Assembly (NCBI GenBank): GCA_963774945.1
Contig: CAVZHA010000015.1
Span: 708,603 to 772,602, forward strand
From: an uncultured Actinomycetota bacterium
Lineage (GTDB): Bacteria > Actinomycetota > Actinomycetes > Streptosporangiales > Streptosporangiaceae
Direction of reading: 5' to 3'
Length of the DNA stretch: 64,000 nucleotides
Shown here: positions 28,432-38,294 of the stretch, in pieces
Position numbering within the stretch: the first letter of the stretch is position 1
Layout of the letters: each line of letters starts with the position of its first letter
Notes under the pieces: generated by a model
The model's database searches: none
Told to the model about the DNA's origin: nothing
The model's input: only the letters and a program-made list of their open reading frames with translations
Translations under genes and position numbers: made by a program

Positions 28432-29886
28432 TTAGTAGTCGCGTTCGAGGAAGGCGCGGACCCGGTCGGCGTAGGGCGCCTTGTCGTAGCTCGCCTGGTA
28501 GGCGGTGGCCATCCGGACCGGATCGCCGAAGAAGTAGTACTCGTACAGGGCCTGGCGGCCGGCGAAGGCGGACGCGCAGGCGTCCCACACCAGGCGGAAC
28601 AGGCGCACCCGGTCCCTCCCGGTCAGGGTGGCCGCCTGCAGGTAGCCGTCGATGTCGGCCGCGGCCGGGCCGTTGACGTCCGCCTCGGTCGGGGTGGCCA
28701 TCAGGCCGGAGGCGCCGAGCTTGCGCAGGATCTCCGGGAAGCGCTGGTAGAGCCGCGGGTAGAGGTTGCGGGCGGCGTTGAGCGGCGGCCAGGCGGGGGT
28801 GATGACCTGGTAGTCATTTGGCTTTGCGTCCGCCTCGGCGGCGCGGTTGAGGGCGCGGAGCGTCTCCAGCGTGGTGATGATCTCGGCCACGTCGGCCTGG
28901 ACGTGCTGGAAGCCGCCGATGCCGATCGCCTCGGTGAGGACGGTGACCAGGCCGAGGATGAACTCGGTCTTGGCGGTGGTGCGGGCGACGACCTGATGGG
29001 TCATGTGCTGCAGGGCGTCCGTTTTGGTGTAGAAGCCGTTGCAGATCTCGGGGTCGCCGAGCGTGAAGCAGCGCTCGTAGGGCACGTGCACGTCGTCGAA
29101 GACCACCACCGCGTCGGACTCGTCGAAGCGCGAGCCGAGCGGGTGGTCGAAGTGCGAGCGGCCGTAGTCGAACGGCTCCCTGGCGATGAACCGGAGCCCG
29201 GGCGCGTCGGTCGGGATCGCGAAGGCGAACGAGTACGGCTTGTCCTCGGGGGTGCCGCGGAGCACGGTGGACGGGAAGACCAGCAGCTCGTCGGCGAACG
29301 GGCCGATGGTCGCGAGCATCCGCGCGCCGCGCACGACGATGCCGTTGTCGTCCTCGCGGGCTATGTGCGCCATCAGGGTCCCGCCGGCCTGCTGGCTGCC
29401 GGGCTGCGCGCGGTTGGCCTGCGGCGGGATGAGCGTGTGGGTGCAGAGCAGGTCCTGGTCGCGGACCTGCTGGTAGTACCGGGTGATGTTGTCGGCGAAC
29501 GCGGCATCGGTCTGGGCGAACCAGTTTCCGGCTGACGCCAGCGCCATGAGGGCGCTGTTGAGGTAGTCGCCGGTGCGCCCGAGCATGCCGAAGGACGCGT
29601 CCGCCGTCAGCTTGTACGCCGCAGCGCGCCTGGCCAGGTCCTCGTGGGTGCGCGGGATGAGGAAGCTGGTCGCCTCGCGGCGGTTGGTGCCGGGATCCTG
29701 GTAGGTGAGGACATCGCGGCATTCGGGGGCGTGCTGGAGGTCGAAGAGGGCCGCGTAGCTGCGGACGACGTTCTTGAAGGCGGGGTGGTCGGGTATTCCG
29801 CCGTGCAGCGTTTCGCCTTGGATCTCCACGTGCGTCCGGGTCCTGGACAGCCGGTCCAGGAACTCCGCGCCGGTCCGTGCGGGCAT
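28432..29886 (-). CDS. hpaB: 4-hydroxyphenylacetate 3-monooxygenase, oxygenase component
   Basis: MPARTGAEFL, GMLGRTGDYLN, HTLIPPQANR, FDHPLGSRFDESDA and RQALYEYYFFGDP. Confidence 0.88.
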   Translation of the reverse strand: MPARTGAEFLDRLSRTRTHVEIQGETLHGGIPDHPAFKNVVRSYAALFDLQHAPECRDVLTYQDPGTNRREATSFLIPRTHEDLARRAAAYKLTADASFGMLGRTGDYLNSALMALASAGNWFAQTDAAFADNITRYYQQVRDQDLLCTHTLIPPQANRAQPGSQQAGGTLMAHIAREDDNGIVVRGARMLATIGPFADELLVFPSTVLRGTPEDKPYSFAFAIPTDAPGLRFIAREPFDYGRSHFDHPLGSRFDESDAVVVFDDVHVPYERCFTLGDPEICNGFYTKTDALQHMTHQVVARTTAKTEFILGLVTVLTEAIGIGGFQHVQADVAEIITTLETLRALNRAAEADAKPNDYQVITPAWPPLNAARNLYPRLYQRFPEILRKLGASGLMATPTEADVNGPAAADIDGYLQAATLTGRDRVRLFRLVWDACASAFAGRQALYEYYFFGDPVRMATAYQASYDKAPYADRVRAFLERDY

Positions 29887-29959
29887 GCGCGCACCCCTCT
29901 CGCCGAAGTCCTCCCTCGCTCAAGGAACGTAACACTTGCCAGCGGCGGGCTGGTGATGG

Positions 29960-30565
29960 TTGCCTGTTGAGCGTGAAGAACCGGTGAACCGCAGGTCGAC
30001 GGCGGAATGGGTCACCTACCTGCTCGAGCCCAAGAACTGGATCATCGCCACCACGCTGGCGGTGGGCTGGCACGCGGCCGGCGCTCGAGGGCTGGCGTGG
30101 GGGGTGGTGGCGGCGGTGTTCGCCGGGGTGCTGCCGACCGTCTTCATCAACCGCGGCATCAGGGACGGCCGGTGGGCCGATCGGAACGTGGGCGCCAAGC
30201 GGCCGCGGCTGATCGTGCTCTCGTTCATCATCGGGTCGGTCGCGTTGGGGCTGGTGCTGATGGTGGGGCTGGGCGCGCCGACCGAGCTGTCCGGGTACTT
30301 CGGGTGCATGCTCGGCAGCATCGCGGTGCTGGCGGCGATCACCACGGTGTGGAAGATCTCCATCCACTGCGCGGTCGCGGCCGGGTCGGTGACGATCCTC
30401 GCGCTGCTGTTCGGAGCCTGGCTGGTCCCGGCGTACCTGCTGGTCGCGCTCACCGGCTGGTCGCGGGTGGCGGTCAAGGACCACAGCGCCGCCCAGGTGA
30501 TCGCGGGCTCGCTGCTCGGCGCGGTCGCGGCGGTCATCACCTACGCGCTCATCCCGCACCAGTGA
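29960..30565 (+). CDS. PAP2-superfamily-like membrane protein
   Basis: Several TM helices with WKISIH and WSRV..KDH..QVIAG motifs; the start may be GTG 29984. Confidence 0.7.
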   Translation: MPVEREEPVNRRSTAEWVTYLLEPKNWIIATTLAVGWHAAGARGLAWGVVAAVFAGVLPTVFINRGIRDGRWADRNVGAKRPRLIVLSFIIGSVALGLVLMVGLGAPTELSGYFGCMLGSIAVLAAITTVWKISIHCAVAAGSVTILALLFGAWLVPAYLLVALTGWSRVAVKDHSAAQVIAGSLLGAVAAVITYALIPHQ

Positions 30566-30624
30566 CGCGGCCGGTTGCAGGTCATGTCGGACTGGCCGCA
30601 GGCGCCGGTTCAGCGGAGCGGTCG

Positions 30625-31743
30625 TCACCCGATCCGGCCGGTTTGCCGCAGCACCAAGTCGGCCGCGCGGAAGAGCGGCGGGTAGCGCTTGACCTGCCCG
30701 CGTACCCATAGCGTGGCGGCGGCGCGGGCCCGGTGCGCAGCCGCCACTGCCGGGCTGGCCGCCACCGTGCCGGCCCCGACGAACTCGTCGTGCGTCTTCA
30801 GCGTCCGCTTGAACGTCTCCGTTCCGGTGCCCATGTCGATCCGCCGCACGCCTGCGACCGCGGCGTCCTTGAACATCGCGATGTATTGCATTAGCCCGGG
30901 TGAGTAATGGGCGAACTGCGGGTCGTAGGCGCAGTGCCAGCCGACTAGCAGGTCGCCCGAGCGCAGGTTGACCGTCGATGCGACCGGCGTGTCGCCCGCG
31001 TACAGCACGGAAAGCGGCATGCTGAAATGGTCGGCTTTTACGCTGAAGAGCTGGTCGAGCACGCCGGTGATCCACGGTCTGGTAAAGATGTCGAGCGCCC
31101 CCCTCTGCCGAAGCTGTTCCGATTTCCAGTTAACGAGCCTGTGCAACGCCGCTTTATCACGGGAATCGGCGACGAAATGGACTTTCCCGACTTCTTCCTC
31201 CAGCCGCCGCGTTTTACGATTAATTTCCCGGTAGAATTTGCCCGTTTTCTGCTGCAGTTCCTTCTCGTATTGCACGAACCCGTTGGCCAGGTCGACGGCC
31301 GCCGCCGGTACCATCGCGGTCGCGAAGCGGTCGAGGGGCCGCTGGCCCGCCACCAGGTTGTCGAACTGCCAGGTCGATAGCCGGCACGCGCGCAGCAGGG
31401 CCTTGGGGTCCCATTCCGCGCCGGGCGCGTGGATGAGGCCCTGGCACTGGTTCAGCCCGTGGCCGATCGGCACGCCGCCGCCGAGCCCGCGCCGCTCGAA
31501 CGGGAAGAACCCGGCCAGGTGCGGCCCGTCGTGCAGGACGGCGACCCGGGCGGTAGGCCGCAGGGCGCCGACGGCGAGGGTGAAATCAGGGCAAAGGAAC
31601 GGGTTGGCCAGAACCGGCGTCTGGCGCTGCATGGACAGCCAGACGGCAATCTCACCGGGGCCAAGCTCGCTGGGACGTACGACCGAAATATTCAATTTAT
31701 TCCCTTCTTCCAGCGTCCAATCCTTGTTGCGAGCAGGAGGCAT
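30625..31743 (-). CDS. GNAT family acetyltransferase (CelD/BcsL-like)
   Basis: ANPFLCPDF, AGFFPFE, AYDPQFAHYSPG and IDMGTG..FK. Confidence 0.82.
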   Translation of the reverse strand: MPPARNKDWTLEEGNKLNISVVRPSELGPGEIAVWLSMQRQTPVLANPFLCPDFTLAVGALRPTARVAVLHDGPHLAGFFPFERRGLGGGVPIGHGLNQCQGLIHAPGAEWDPKALLRACRLSTWQFDNLVAGQRPLDRFATAMVPAAAVDLANGFVQYEKELQQKTGKFYREINRKTRRLEEEVGKVHFVADSRDKAALHRLVNWKSEQLRQRGALDIFTRPWITGVLDQLFSVKADHFSMPLSVLYAGDTPVASTVNLRSGDLLVGWHCAYDPQFAHYSPGLMQYIAMFKDAAVAGVRRIDMGTGTETFKRTLKTHDEFVGAGTVAASPAVAAAHRARAAATLWVRGQVKRYPPLFRAADLVLRQTGRIG

Positions 31744-32006
31744 CTAACCATTCTATTAATTCCGATGGCGTGATCAGTGTATTGCGCCCGGGCACCATGA
31801 CAGGGATTGAAACGATGACGTTTTTGCCATCAGGAAAGCGTCTTCGGGCCGACCGGAACGCGACCAAATTCCCGCATTTAGGGCGGCGGGAGTAAGCCCA
31901 AATGCCCATACAGCGCGTTAGGCTCAAACCACCCGGCGGGCAGCGAGCCCGCACCGGTCGGCGAGTCCGTAAATAAGATCTTCGGCGCGCGGCGCGGACC
32001 GAACGG

Positions 32007-33026
32007 CTAGAGCGGCCAGATGCGGGCGGTCTCATCGGTCGAGGCGGTGGCCAGCACCCGGTCGGCCGGGCTGAACGCGAGCGAGCTGACCGCGCCTGCG
32101 TGGCCTTCGAGGATGCGGACCGACTTGCCCGTCTTCGAATCCCACAGCCGGACGGTGGTGTCCGAGCTGGCGGTGGCGATGAGCCGGCCGTCGGGGCTGA
32201 ACGCGACCACGAAGGCCGAGTCGGTGTGGCCCTCGAGCGTGCGGACCGGGGTGCCGGTGACTGCGTCCCAGATCCGGGCGGTGGCGTCCTCGCTGGCGGC
32301 GGCGACCATCCGCTCGGTCGGGCTGAACGCGACCGACCACACGGTGTCGGCGTGGCCGTTGAGTATGCGCAGGCAGTTCCCGGTGGCGACCTCCCACAGC
32401 CGCGCGGTGCGGTCGAAGCTGGCGGTGGCGATGAGCTTGCCGTCGGGACTGAACGCGACCGCCGACACGATGCCGGTGTGGCCGGTGAGCACGCGCAGGG
32501 ACTCGCCTGAGGCAGTGTTCCATATCCTGATCGTGCCGTCGCCGCTCGCGGTCGCGAGCACCTTGCCGTCGGGGCTGAAGGCGGCGCCGTAGACGATGTC
32601 GTTGTGCCCCTTGAGGACGTGCGCGCTGGCGCCGGTGCTGGTGTTCCACAGCCGGACGGTCTCGTCGTAGCTGGTGGTGGCGAGCAGGCGGCCATCGGGG
32701 CTGAACGCCACGCCGAAGACGGCGACCGTGTGCCCGGCCAGCTCGTGCGTGCAGGCGCCGGTCCGCGCGTCCCAGAGCCGGGGCGTCAGGTCGGCGCTGA
32801 CAGTCGCGATCTTCGTACCGTCGGGGCTGAACGGCGCGGCGAACACGGCGTCGGCGTGCCCGCTCAGCGTGTGCAGCAGCTCGCCGGTGGCGGCGTTCCA
32901 CACCCGGGCCGTCTTGTCCTCGCTGGCGGTGCTGATCCGCGCGCCGTCCGGGCTGAACGCCACCGAGTTGACCGACCCGGTGTGGCCGGCGAGCACGCGG
33001 ACGCCGGCCGCTTCGATAACACTCAT
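32007..33026 (-). CDS. Stand-alone WD40 repeat protein (8 repeats)
   Basis: Eight tandem units of L-x-GH..V..VAFSPDG..AT.S.D.T.R.W. Confidence 0.95.
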   Translation of the reverse strand: MSVIEAAGVRVLAGHTGSVNSVAFSPDGARISTASEDKTARVWNAATGELLHTLSGHADAVFAAPFSPDGTKIATVSADLTPRLWDARTGACTHELAGHTVAVFGVAFSPDGRLLATTSYDETVRLWNTSTGASAHVLKGHNDIVYGAAFSPDGKVLATASGDGTIRIWNTASGESLRVLTGHTGIVSAVAFSPDGKLIATASFDRTARLWEVATGNCLRILNGHADTVWSVAFSPTERMVAAASEDATARIWDAVTGTPVRTLEGHTDSAFVVAFSPDGRLIATASSDTTVRLWDSKTGKSVRILEGHAGAVSSLAFSPADRVLATASTDETARIWPL

Positions 33027-33246
33027 GTAACCGCCTCTGCGATCCTGCCGGGTGCCGGTGCGTCGGGGGGAAGGGGGGCACCCGCAGTTAGGCATCTGTC
33101 GTTGATGCGCGCCTTATTCTTCACGGTCTGCCGGTTCATGTGGTCTGTTTTCCTGTGTTCGTGGCTCTTGTTGCACCAATTCGTGACATACCGCGTGACT
33201 GGCGTGGCCGTTACGCTGTGCGGTGGAGCTTTTCACGGAGGTTCGG

Positions 33247-34179
33247 ATGCGGCTTGAGGCGGTCGGCAAGCGGTACGGCGTGCGGCAGCCGTGGGTGGTC
33301 AGGGACGTGTCGGCCGACGTGCCGGGCGGGCGGCTGATCCGGGTTGAGGGACCGAACGGGTCGGGGAAGTCCACCCTGCTGCGGGTCGTCGCCGGGGTGA
33401 CGACGGCGTCGCGCGGCCGGGTGAGCGGGCGGCCGCACACCGGGTACGTGCCCGAGCGGTTCCCCGGCGGGCTGCCGTTCTCCGGGCGGGAGTACCTGCT
33501 GCACCTGGCGCGGGTGCACGGGCTGCGGGGCGACGCCGGACGGCGACGGGTCGACGAGTGGCTCGAGCGGCTCGGCGCGACCGGCTACGCGGCGGCGCCG
33601 CTGCGGGCGCTGTCCAAGGGAATGTGCCAGAAGATCGCCATCGCCCAGGCCCTGCTGTCGCGACCCGGGCTGCTGGTCCTCGACGAGGCGTGGACCGGGC
33701 TCGACGTTACCGCCCGGGGCACGCTGGACGACGCGGTGGCGGAGCGGGTCGCGGCCGGCGGGGCGGTGCTGTTCGTGGATCACGACCCGGCCCGGCTGGC
33801 CGGCCGGGACGACGAGCGCTGGCGGCTGGGCGGCGACGGTCGGGTGACGGTCACCGCCGGCCTGGGTGGCGGCGGCCTGGGCGGGGCGGTCGGCGGGGCG
33901 GCTGGGGTCCGCAGCGCGGGTGCGCAGGCGGCGGGCGATGACGCGGTGACGATTGAGCTGGCGGGGGTCGACGCGGCCGGGCTTGCGCGGCTGGGGGAAA
34001 TACCCGGCGTGCTGTCCAGTCCGGGCGTCGCGGCAGGCCGCGTGCTGCTTCGGGTGGCGGCGCGTCAGTCGGACGCGGTCCTGCGGCGGGTGCTGGCGTG
34101 GGACGGGGTGCACGTGGCCGGGGTCGGCCCCTCGGAGGCCGACGCAGGCGCGCCTGCGGAGCCGGACTCGCGGCGGTGA
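33247..34179 (+). CDS. ABC transporter ATP-binding protein
   Basis: Walker A GPNGSGKST, signature LSKGM, Walker B LLVLDE. Confidence 0.9.
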   Translation: MRLEAVGKRYGVRQPWVVRDVSADVPGGRLIRVEGPNGSGKSTLLRVVAGVTTASRGRVSGRPHTGYVPERFPGGLPFSGREYLLHLARVHGLRGDAGRRRVDEWLERLGATGYAAAPLRALSKGMCQKIAIAQALLSRPGLLVLDEAWTGLDVTARGTLDDAVAERVAAGGAVLFVDHDPARLAGRDDERWRLGGDGRVTVTAGLGGGGLGGAVGGAAGVRSAGAQAAGDDAVTIELAGVDAAGLARLGEIPGVLSSPGVAAGRVLLRVAARQSDAVLRRVLAWDGVHVAGVGPSEADAGAPAEPDSRR

Positions 34180-34898
34180 TCGCGCTGTTGCGGTACGAGA
34201 CGGCGATCCTGCTCCGGTCCCATCGGTGGGTGTTCCCGCTGATCGCCTACGGGGCGCTGATCCTGACCGGGGCGGCCGGGGGCAGCCCGGTCGGGCCGCC
34301 GTGGCTGTCGCTGGCGGACGGGCTCGACTGGTCGGCCGCCGTGCTGATCCCGGTGCTCGCGTTCCTGACCCGGTCGATGCTCACGGCCGAGCCCGATGCG
34401 TCGCGGGCCTGCGTCTGCGCCGCCACCAGCCCGGTCCGGACGCAGCTGGCCACCTTGCTGGTCGCGCTCGGCGGCGGGGCCCTGCTCGGCGTCGTCGGGG
34501 CCTGCTTCGAGGTGCTGCTGAGCCCGTCGGTCAGCGGCCATTCGGGCGGACTGCTCGGCAACGTCGGGGCGGCGATCGAGCACCCGGTGACGCTGGCGGC
34601 CGGCCTGGCCATGACCGCCGTGTGCCTGCTGGTCGGCTCGGCCGTCGGCGCCCTGTGCAACCCGCCGCTGCTACGGCACCCGGCCACGGCCATGCTCGCC
34701 ACCCTCGCGGCGGCGGTGTTCGCGCTCGCCTCCGATGTGTCGCCGGCCGGGGCAGCGCTGCGGCACGCGAGTAACGCGTTCTCGCCGCACTGGCCCGGCG
34801 CCGTCCAGGTACTGGGTGCCGTCATCCTGCTCGCGGTCACCTGGACGGCGTCGGTGCTGGTGGCCGCGCGGCGCGATAGCGGCTCGGCTCCCGCGTAG
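34176..34898 (+). CDS. Putative ABC transporter permease
   Basis: GTGA overlap with the ATPase stop; about 6 hydrophobic segments. Confidence 0.75.
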   Translation: MIALLRYETAILLRSHRWVFPLIAYGALILTGAAGGSPVGPPWLSLADGLDWSAAVLIPVLAFLTRSMLTAEPDASRACVCAATSPVRTQLATLLVALGGGALLGVVGACFEVLLSPSVSGHSGGLLGNVGAAIEHPVTLAAGLAMTAVCLLVGSAVGALCNPPLLRHPATAMLATLAAAVFALASDVSPAGAALRHASNAFSPHWPGAVQVLGAVILLAVTWTASVLVAARRDSGSAPA

Positions 34899-34908
34899 GC
34901 CCCGGGGT

Positions 34909-35745
34909 CTACGCCGAGCGCTGGCGATCCTCGAGGGCTCGGCGGTACTCGGCGACCACGATGTCGTTGAGTTCCTGGACCGAGGTGTCCTTACTTGGCT
35001 TGTCGAACGTGATGGTGCCGTGCTGCAGCAGGTTGATGCGGTCGCAGACCTCCAGGGCCTGGCCGTAGTTGTGGGCGATGATGATGATCGAGACCTCGCG
35101 CCGTCGCTTCAGGTCGCCGATCAGGTCCAGGATGATCGCCACCTCCTTCGCGCCCATGGCGGCGAGCGGCTCGTCGAGGAGGAGGACCTTCGCGTCGGAG
35201 TAGACGGCGCGGGCGATCGCGATCGCCTGGCGCTGGCCGCCGGAGAGGCTGGCGACCGGGACGTCGACCGACGGGATGTTGATGCCCATCTCATTAAGGT
35301 GAGCTCGGGCGATATCGCGCATCGACTTGTTGCTCAGCAGCGGCCCGCGCACCCGCTCCCGGTTCAGGAACATGTTGTGGTACACGCTGAGCTGGTTGAT
35401 CAGCGCGAGGTCCTGGTAGACGGCCTCGATGCCGAGCGACCGGGCGTGGTCCACCGAGCGGAGCGTCACCTCCTCGTCGTTGAGGAAGATCCCGCCGGTG
35501 TCGGGTTGCTGGAAGCCGCAGAGGATCTTGAGCAGCGTCGACTTGCCCGCGCCGTTGTCGCCGAGCAGGCCGAGCACCTCGCCCTTGCCCAGGTGCAGGT
35601 TGATGTCCACCAGCGCGGTGACCGCGCCGAACCGCTTGCCGATGTGCTCGGCGCGGAGCGCGTCGCCGCCCGGCAGTGGTCCGTAGTCGCCGCCGTAGCT
35701 GTTCGGCCCGCCCGACTCGGGCGTCCCCGGTGCCTGCGCCGCCAT
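34909..35745 (-). CDS. Sugar ABC transporter ATP-binding protein
   Basis: GDNGAGKST, VYQDLAL, LSGGQRQ and LLLDEP. Confidence 0.92.
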   Translation of the reverse strand: MAAQAPGTPESGGPNSYGGDYGPLPGGDALRAEHIGKRFGAVTALVDINLHLGKGEVLGLLGDNGAGKSTLLKILCGFQQPDTGGIFLNDEEVTLRSVDHARSLGIEAVYQDLALINQLSVYHNMFLNRERVRGPLLSNKSMRDIARAHLNEMGINIPSVDVPVASLSGGQRQAIAIARAVYSDAKVLLLDEPLAAMGAKEVAIILDLIGDLKRRREVSIIIIAHNYGQALEVCDRINLLQHGTITFDKPSKDTSVQELNDIVVAEYRRALEDRQRSA

Positions 35746-36794
35746 CAGGTCGTTCCCCTCTCCCGCAGCCTGGTTAGCTGCACGTTCGCGATCATCGCGC
35801 CGAGGATTGCAGCGCCGAAGACGATCTGGACCACGTTCGCGCTGATCCCCACGACCTCAAAGCCGTCGATCAGGGTGGAGAGCGCGACCGCGCCGATGCC
35901 GGCGCCGATGATCGTGCCGGAGCCGCCGAGCATCGCGGTCCCGCCGATGACCGCCGCAGTGACGCTGTAGAACATCGGCTGGTAGCCGCCGGCCAGCGGG
36001 TCGATGTCGTTGATGTAGAAGGCGGTCTGCAGGCCGACGAGCGCGCCGAGCACCCCGGTGATCATGAAGTTGCCGTACTTGATCCTGCCCACATTGATGC
36101 CGGCCTCGCGCGCCCCGAGCTGGTTGCCGCCGGTCGCGACGGTATGCAACCCCCATCGCGTCCTGGTCAGCACGACGGCGAAGATCGCAACGATGACGAC
36201 GGCCCAGATCGTCTGGGACCACGGGCTGCTACCGAGCCAGCGCCCGTAGCCGACGGTGGCAGGAGGGATGGATTTCGGCTCGGCGTGCGCGAGGTACAGG
36301 GCCAGTCCGCCGAGGATGAACCCGGTGCCAAGCGTGGTGATGAACGAGGGAAGATGCAACGTGACCGTGAGGAAGCCGTTAACCCAGCCGCACACAAGGC
36401 CGAAGACCAGGCTGAGGATGATCGCCAGCAGCGCCGGGACACCGTAGTAGACGTTCAGGTAGAACATGATGAACGGCGCCAGGGTGTAGATGAAACCGAC
36501 CGACAGGTCGATCTCGCCGCAGATCAGCAGCAGCACCTCGCCGACGGCGATGATCGCGATCGGCGCCATGTTCTCAGAAAACAGGTCGACCGCGTTGGTC
36601 CGGGAGACAAAGGTCGTGGGGTTGGTGAGGCCGAAGTACAGCAGCAGCGCCACCGTGACGACCAGGATCGTGGCCTCGCGCTGTCGGCCGAAGACGCCGA
36701 GTCCGCGGCGCAGCACGTCGACGGTCCCGTTGCCGGTGCCGGGAGTTCCGTCTGGCAATAGCAGCGTGCCGCCCTGCTCGGTCATCTTGCTCAC
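35745..36794 (-). CDS. Sugar ABC transporter permease (RbsC-like)
   Basis: GEIDLSVG, PSFITTLG and AAVIGGTAMLGGSGT. Confidence 0.92.
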   Translation of the reverse strand: MSKMTEQGGTLLLPDGTPGTGNGTVDVLRRGLGVFGRQREATILVVTVALLLYFGLTNPTTFVSRTNAVDLFSENMAPIAIIAVGEVLLLICGEIDLSVGFIYTLAPFIMFYLNVYYGVPALLAIILSLVFGLVCGWVNGFLTVTLHLPSFITTLGTGFILGGLALYLAHAEPKSIPPATVGYGRWLGSSPWSQTIWAVVIVAIFAVVLTRTRWGLHTVATGGNQLGAREAGINVGRIKYGNFMITGVLGALVGLQTAFYINDIDPLAGGYQPMFYSVTAAVIGGTAMLGGSGTIIGAGIGAVALSTLIDGFEVVGISANVVQIVFGAAILGAMIANVQLTRLRERGTT

Positions 36795-36912
36795 GTCCGC
36801 CTCCTTATCTGGCTCATCTGGCCAATCTGCGCAGGAGCGTGCCTGAGGCGGGAGGCCGGTCGTACTTCTTAGCCGAGCCTCCCGCCTGGGGCTTTAACAG
36901 GTGTTGGTGGTA

Positions 36913-38073
36913 TCAGGTACTGGTGGTCGCGAGCGGGTTCGAGATCGCGCCGGACGGACGCGCGAGGTACTTCAGGGCGGTCGTCGAGCCCTGGTACCGG
37001 CTGCCCAGGTTGTACTCGCTGTAGTTGCTCTTGGTAATGAAGCTCAGGCCGGTGTCGGTGTCGGGCGGGACGATCGTGCCGCCGGAGATGTTGTACAGGT
37101 ACAGGTACAGCGTCGGCAGGAACCCCTGCAGGTAGGGGTCCTGATAGATAGTGAAGCCGGTCGCGCCGGAGGCGATGTTGGAGAGCGTCAGCGGCTCGGT
37201 GTCGAAGCCGCCGTTGGGGAGCGACGACATGCCGGTCTCCTTGAGCGCCTGGCCGAGGAACGACGTCGATCCGCCGTCCACGGCGAACGCGCCCTTCACC
37301 GAGGAGTGGCCGACCAGGTAGGCCTTCATGGCTGGCAGCTCAGGGGGCGCGGTCGCGCCGGTCGCCACCTCGCTCACCGTGTAGCCCAACGGCGTCAGCA
37401 CCGAGGAGGCGCCGTCGAAGCGGGGCTGGATGTTCGCCTGGCCGGGGGTGGAGATGAAGATCACGACATCGCCCGGGGTCGGGACCGCCAGCTTGATCCG
37501 CTCGCCCAACTGCTGGCCCGAGGTGTACAGCGCCTGGCCGACGTAGCAGAGCCGGTTGGTGCCGATGTCGGCCACGCCCTTGGTGACGGAGCCGTCCGCG
37601 TTGTAGCTGACCACGGGGATGCCCGCGCTCATCGCGTTCGCGACCGGCGTGGTGAACGAGGTGGAGTCGGTCAGCACCGTGGCGATCCCGGCCGCCTTGG
37701 CGGCCACCGCCGCGTTGATCTGGGCGGTCATCTCCGCCGCGATCGAGTTCGCCGAGCCGGTCCACTTCGGGACAGGCAGGCCGAGCAGCTTGGCGCAGTC
37801 GGCCAGGCCGTACTGGGTGGGGACGAAGAACGGGTTGGTGGTGACGTGGTTGACGAACCAGAACTGCCACGAGGGCACGCTCGGGAAGGCGCCGGAACCG
37901 CTTGCCCCGCTCGCGGCGCTGCTCGACGAGCTGCAGGCGGTGAGCAGGGCCGACGCGGCGGCGGTGGCACTAACCAGGCCGGCGCCAGCGATGAGCCGGC
38001 GGCGGGTGGGGCTGTCTCTCAGGTTGAGCGTCTCTATTGCCTCATCGACCTTGGGGTCGACTTTTCTGGCCAT
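36913..38073 (-). CDS. Sugar ABC transporter substrate-binding lipoprotein with Tat-like signal
   Basis: TRRRLI..LLTAC signal, NPFF, GIPVVSYN and QDPYLQG. Confidence 0.88.
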   Translation of the reverse strand: MARKVDPKVDEAIETLNLRDSPTRRRLIAGAGLVSATAAASALLTACSSSSSAASGASGSGAFPSVPSWQFWFVNHVTTNPFFVPTQYGLADCAKLLGLPVPKWTGSANSIAAEMTAQINAAVAAKAAGIATVLTDSTSFTTPVANAMSAGIPVVSYNADGSVTKGVADIGTNRLCYVGQALYTSGQQLGERIKLAVPTPGDVVIFISTPGQANIQPRFDGASSVLTPLGYTVSEVATGATAPPELPAMKAYLVGHSSVKGAFAVDGGSTSFLGQALKETGMSSLPNGGFDTEPLTLSNIASGATGFTIYQDPYLQGFLPTLYLYLYNISGGTIVPPDTDTGLSFITKSNYSEYNLGSRYQGSTTALKYLARPSGAISNPLATTST

Positions 38074-38294
38074 GAGGACCTCCAGCGGGGGCGGCTCATG
38101 ACGGATGTGATCGTTCACATCCGCCCTTTTGAGCAACCTAGAGCCCAGACGCCGCCCCGTCAACATAGTGGAAAAAAATTCGACTATGCGTAGTTTATGC
38201 TACTTTGAGGTGATGTATCACGGCATGGTGAATTTGCGATTCTAAAAAATGCCTGCCACCAGCGGGTAAATATTGCCTGAAGGATCCGAGAGGG

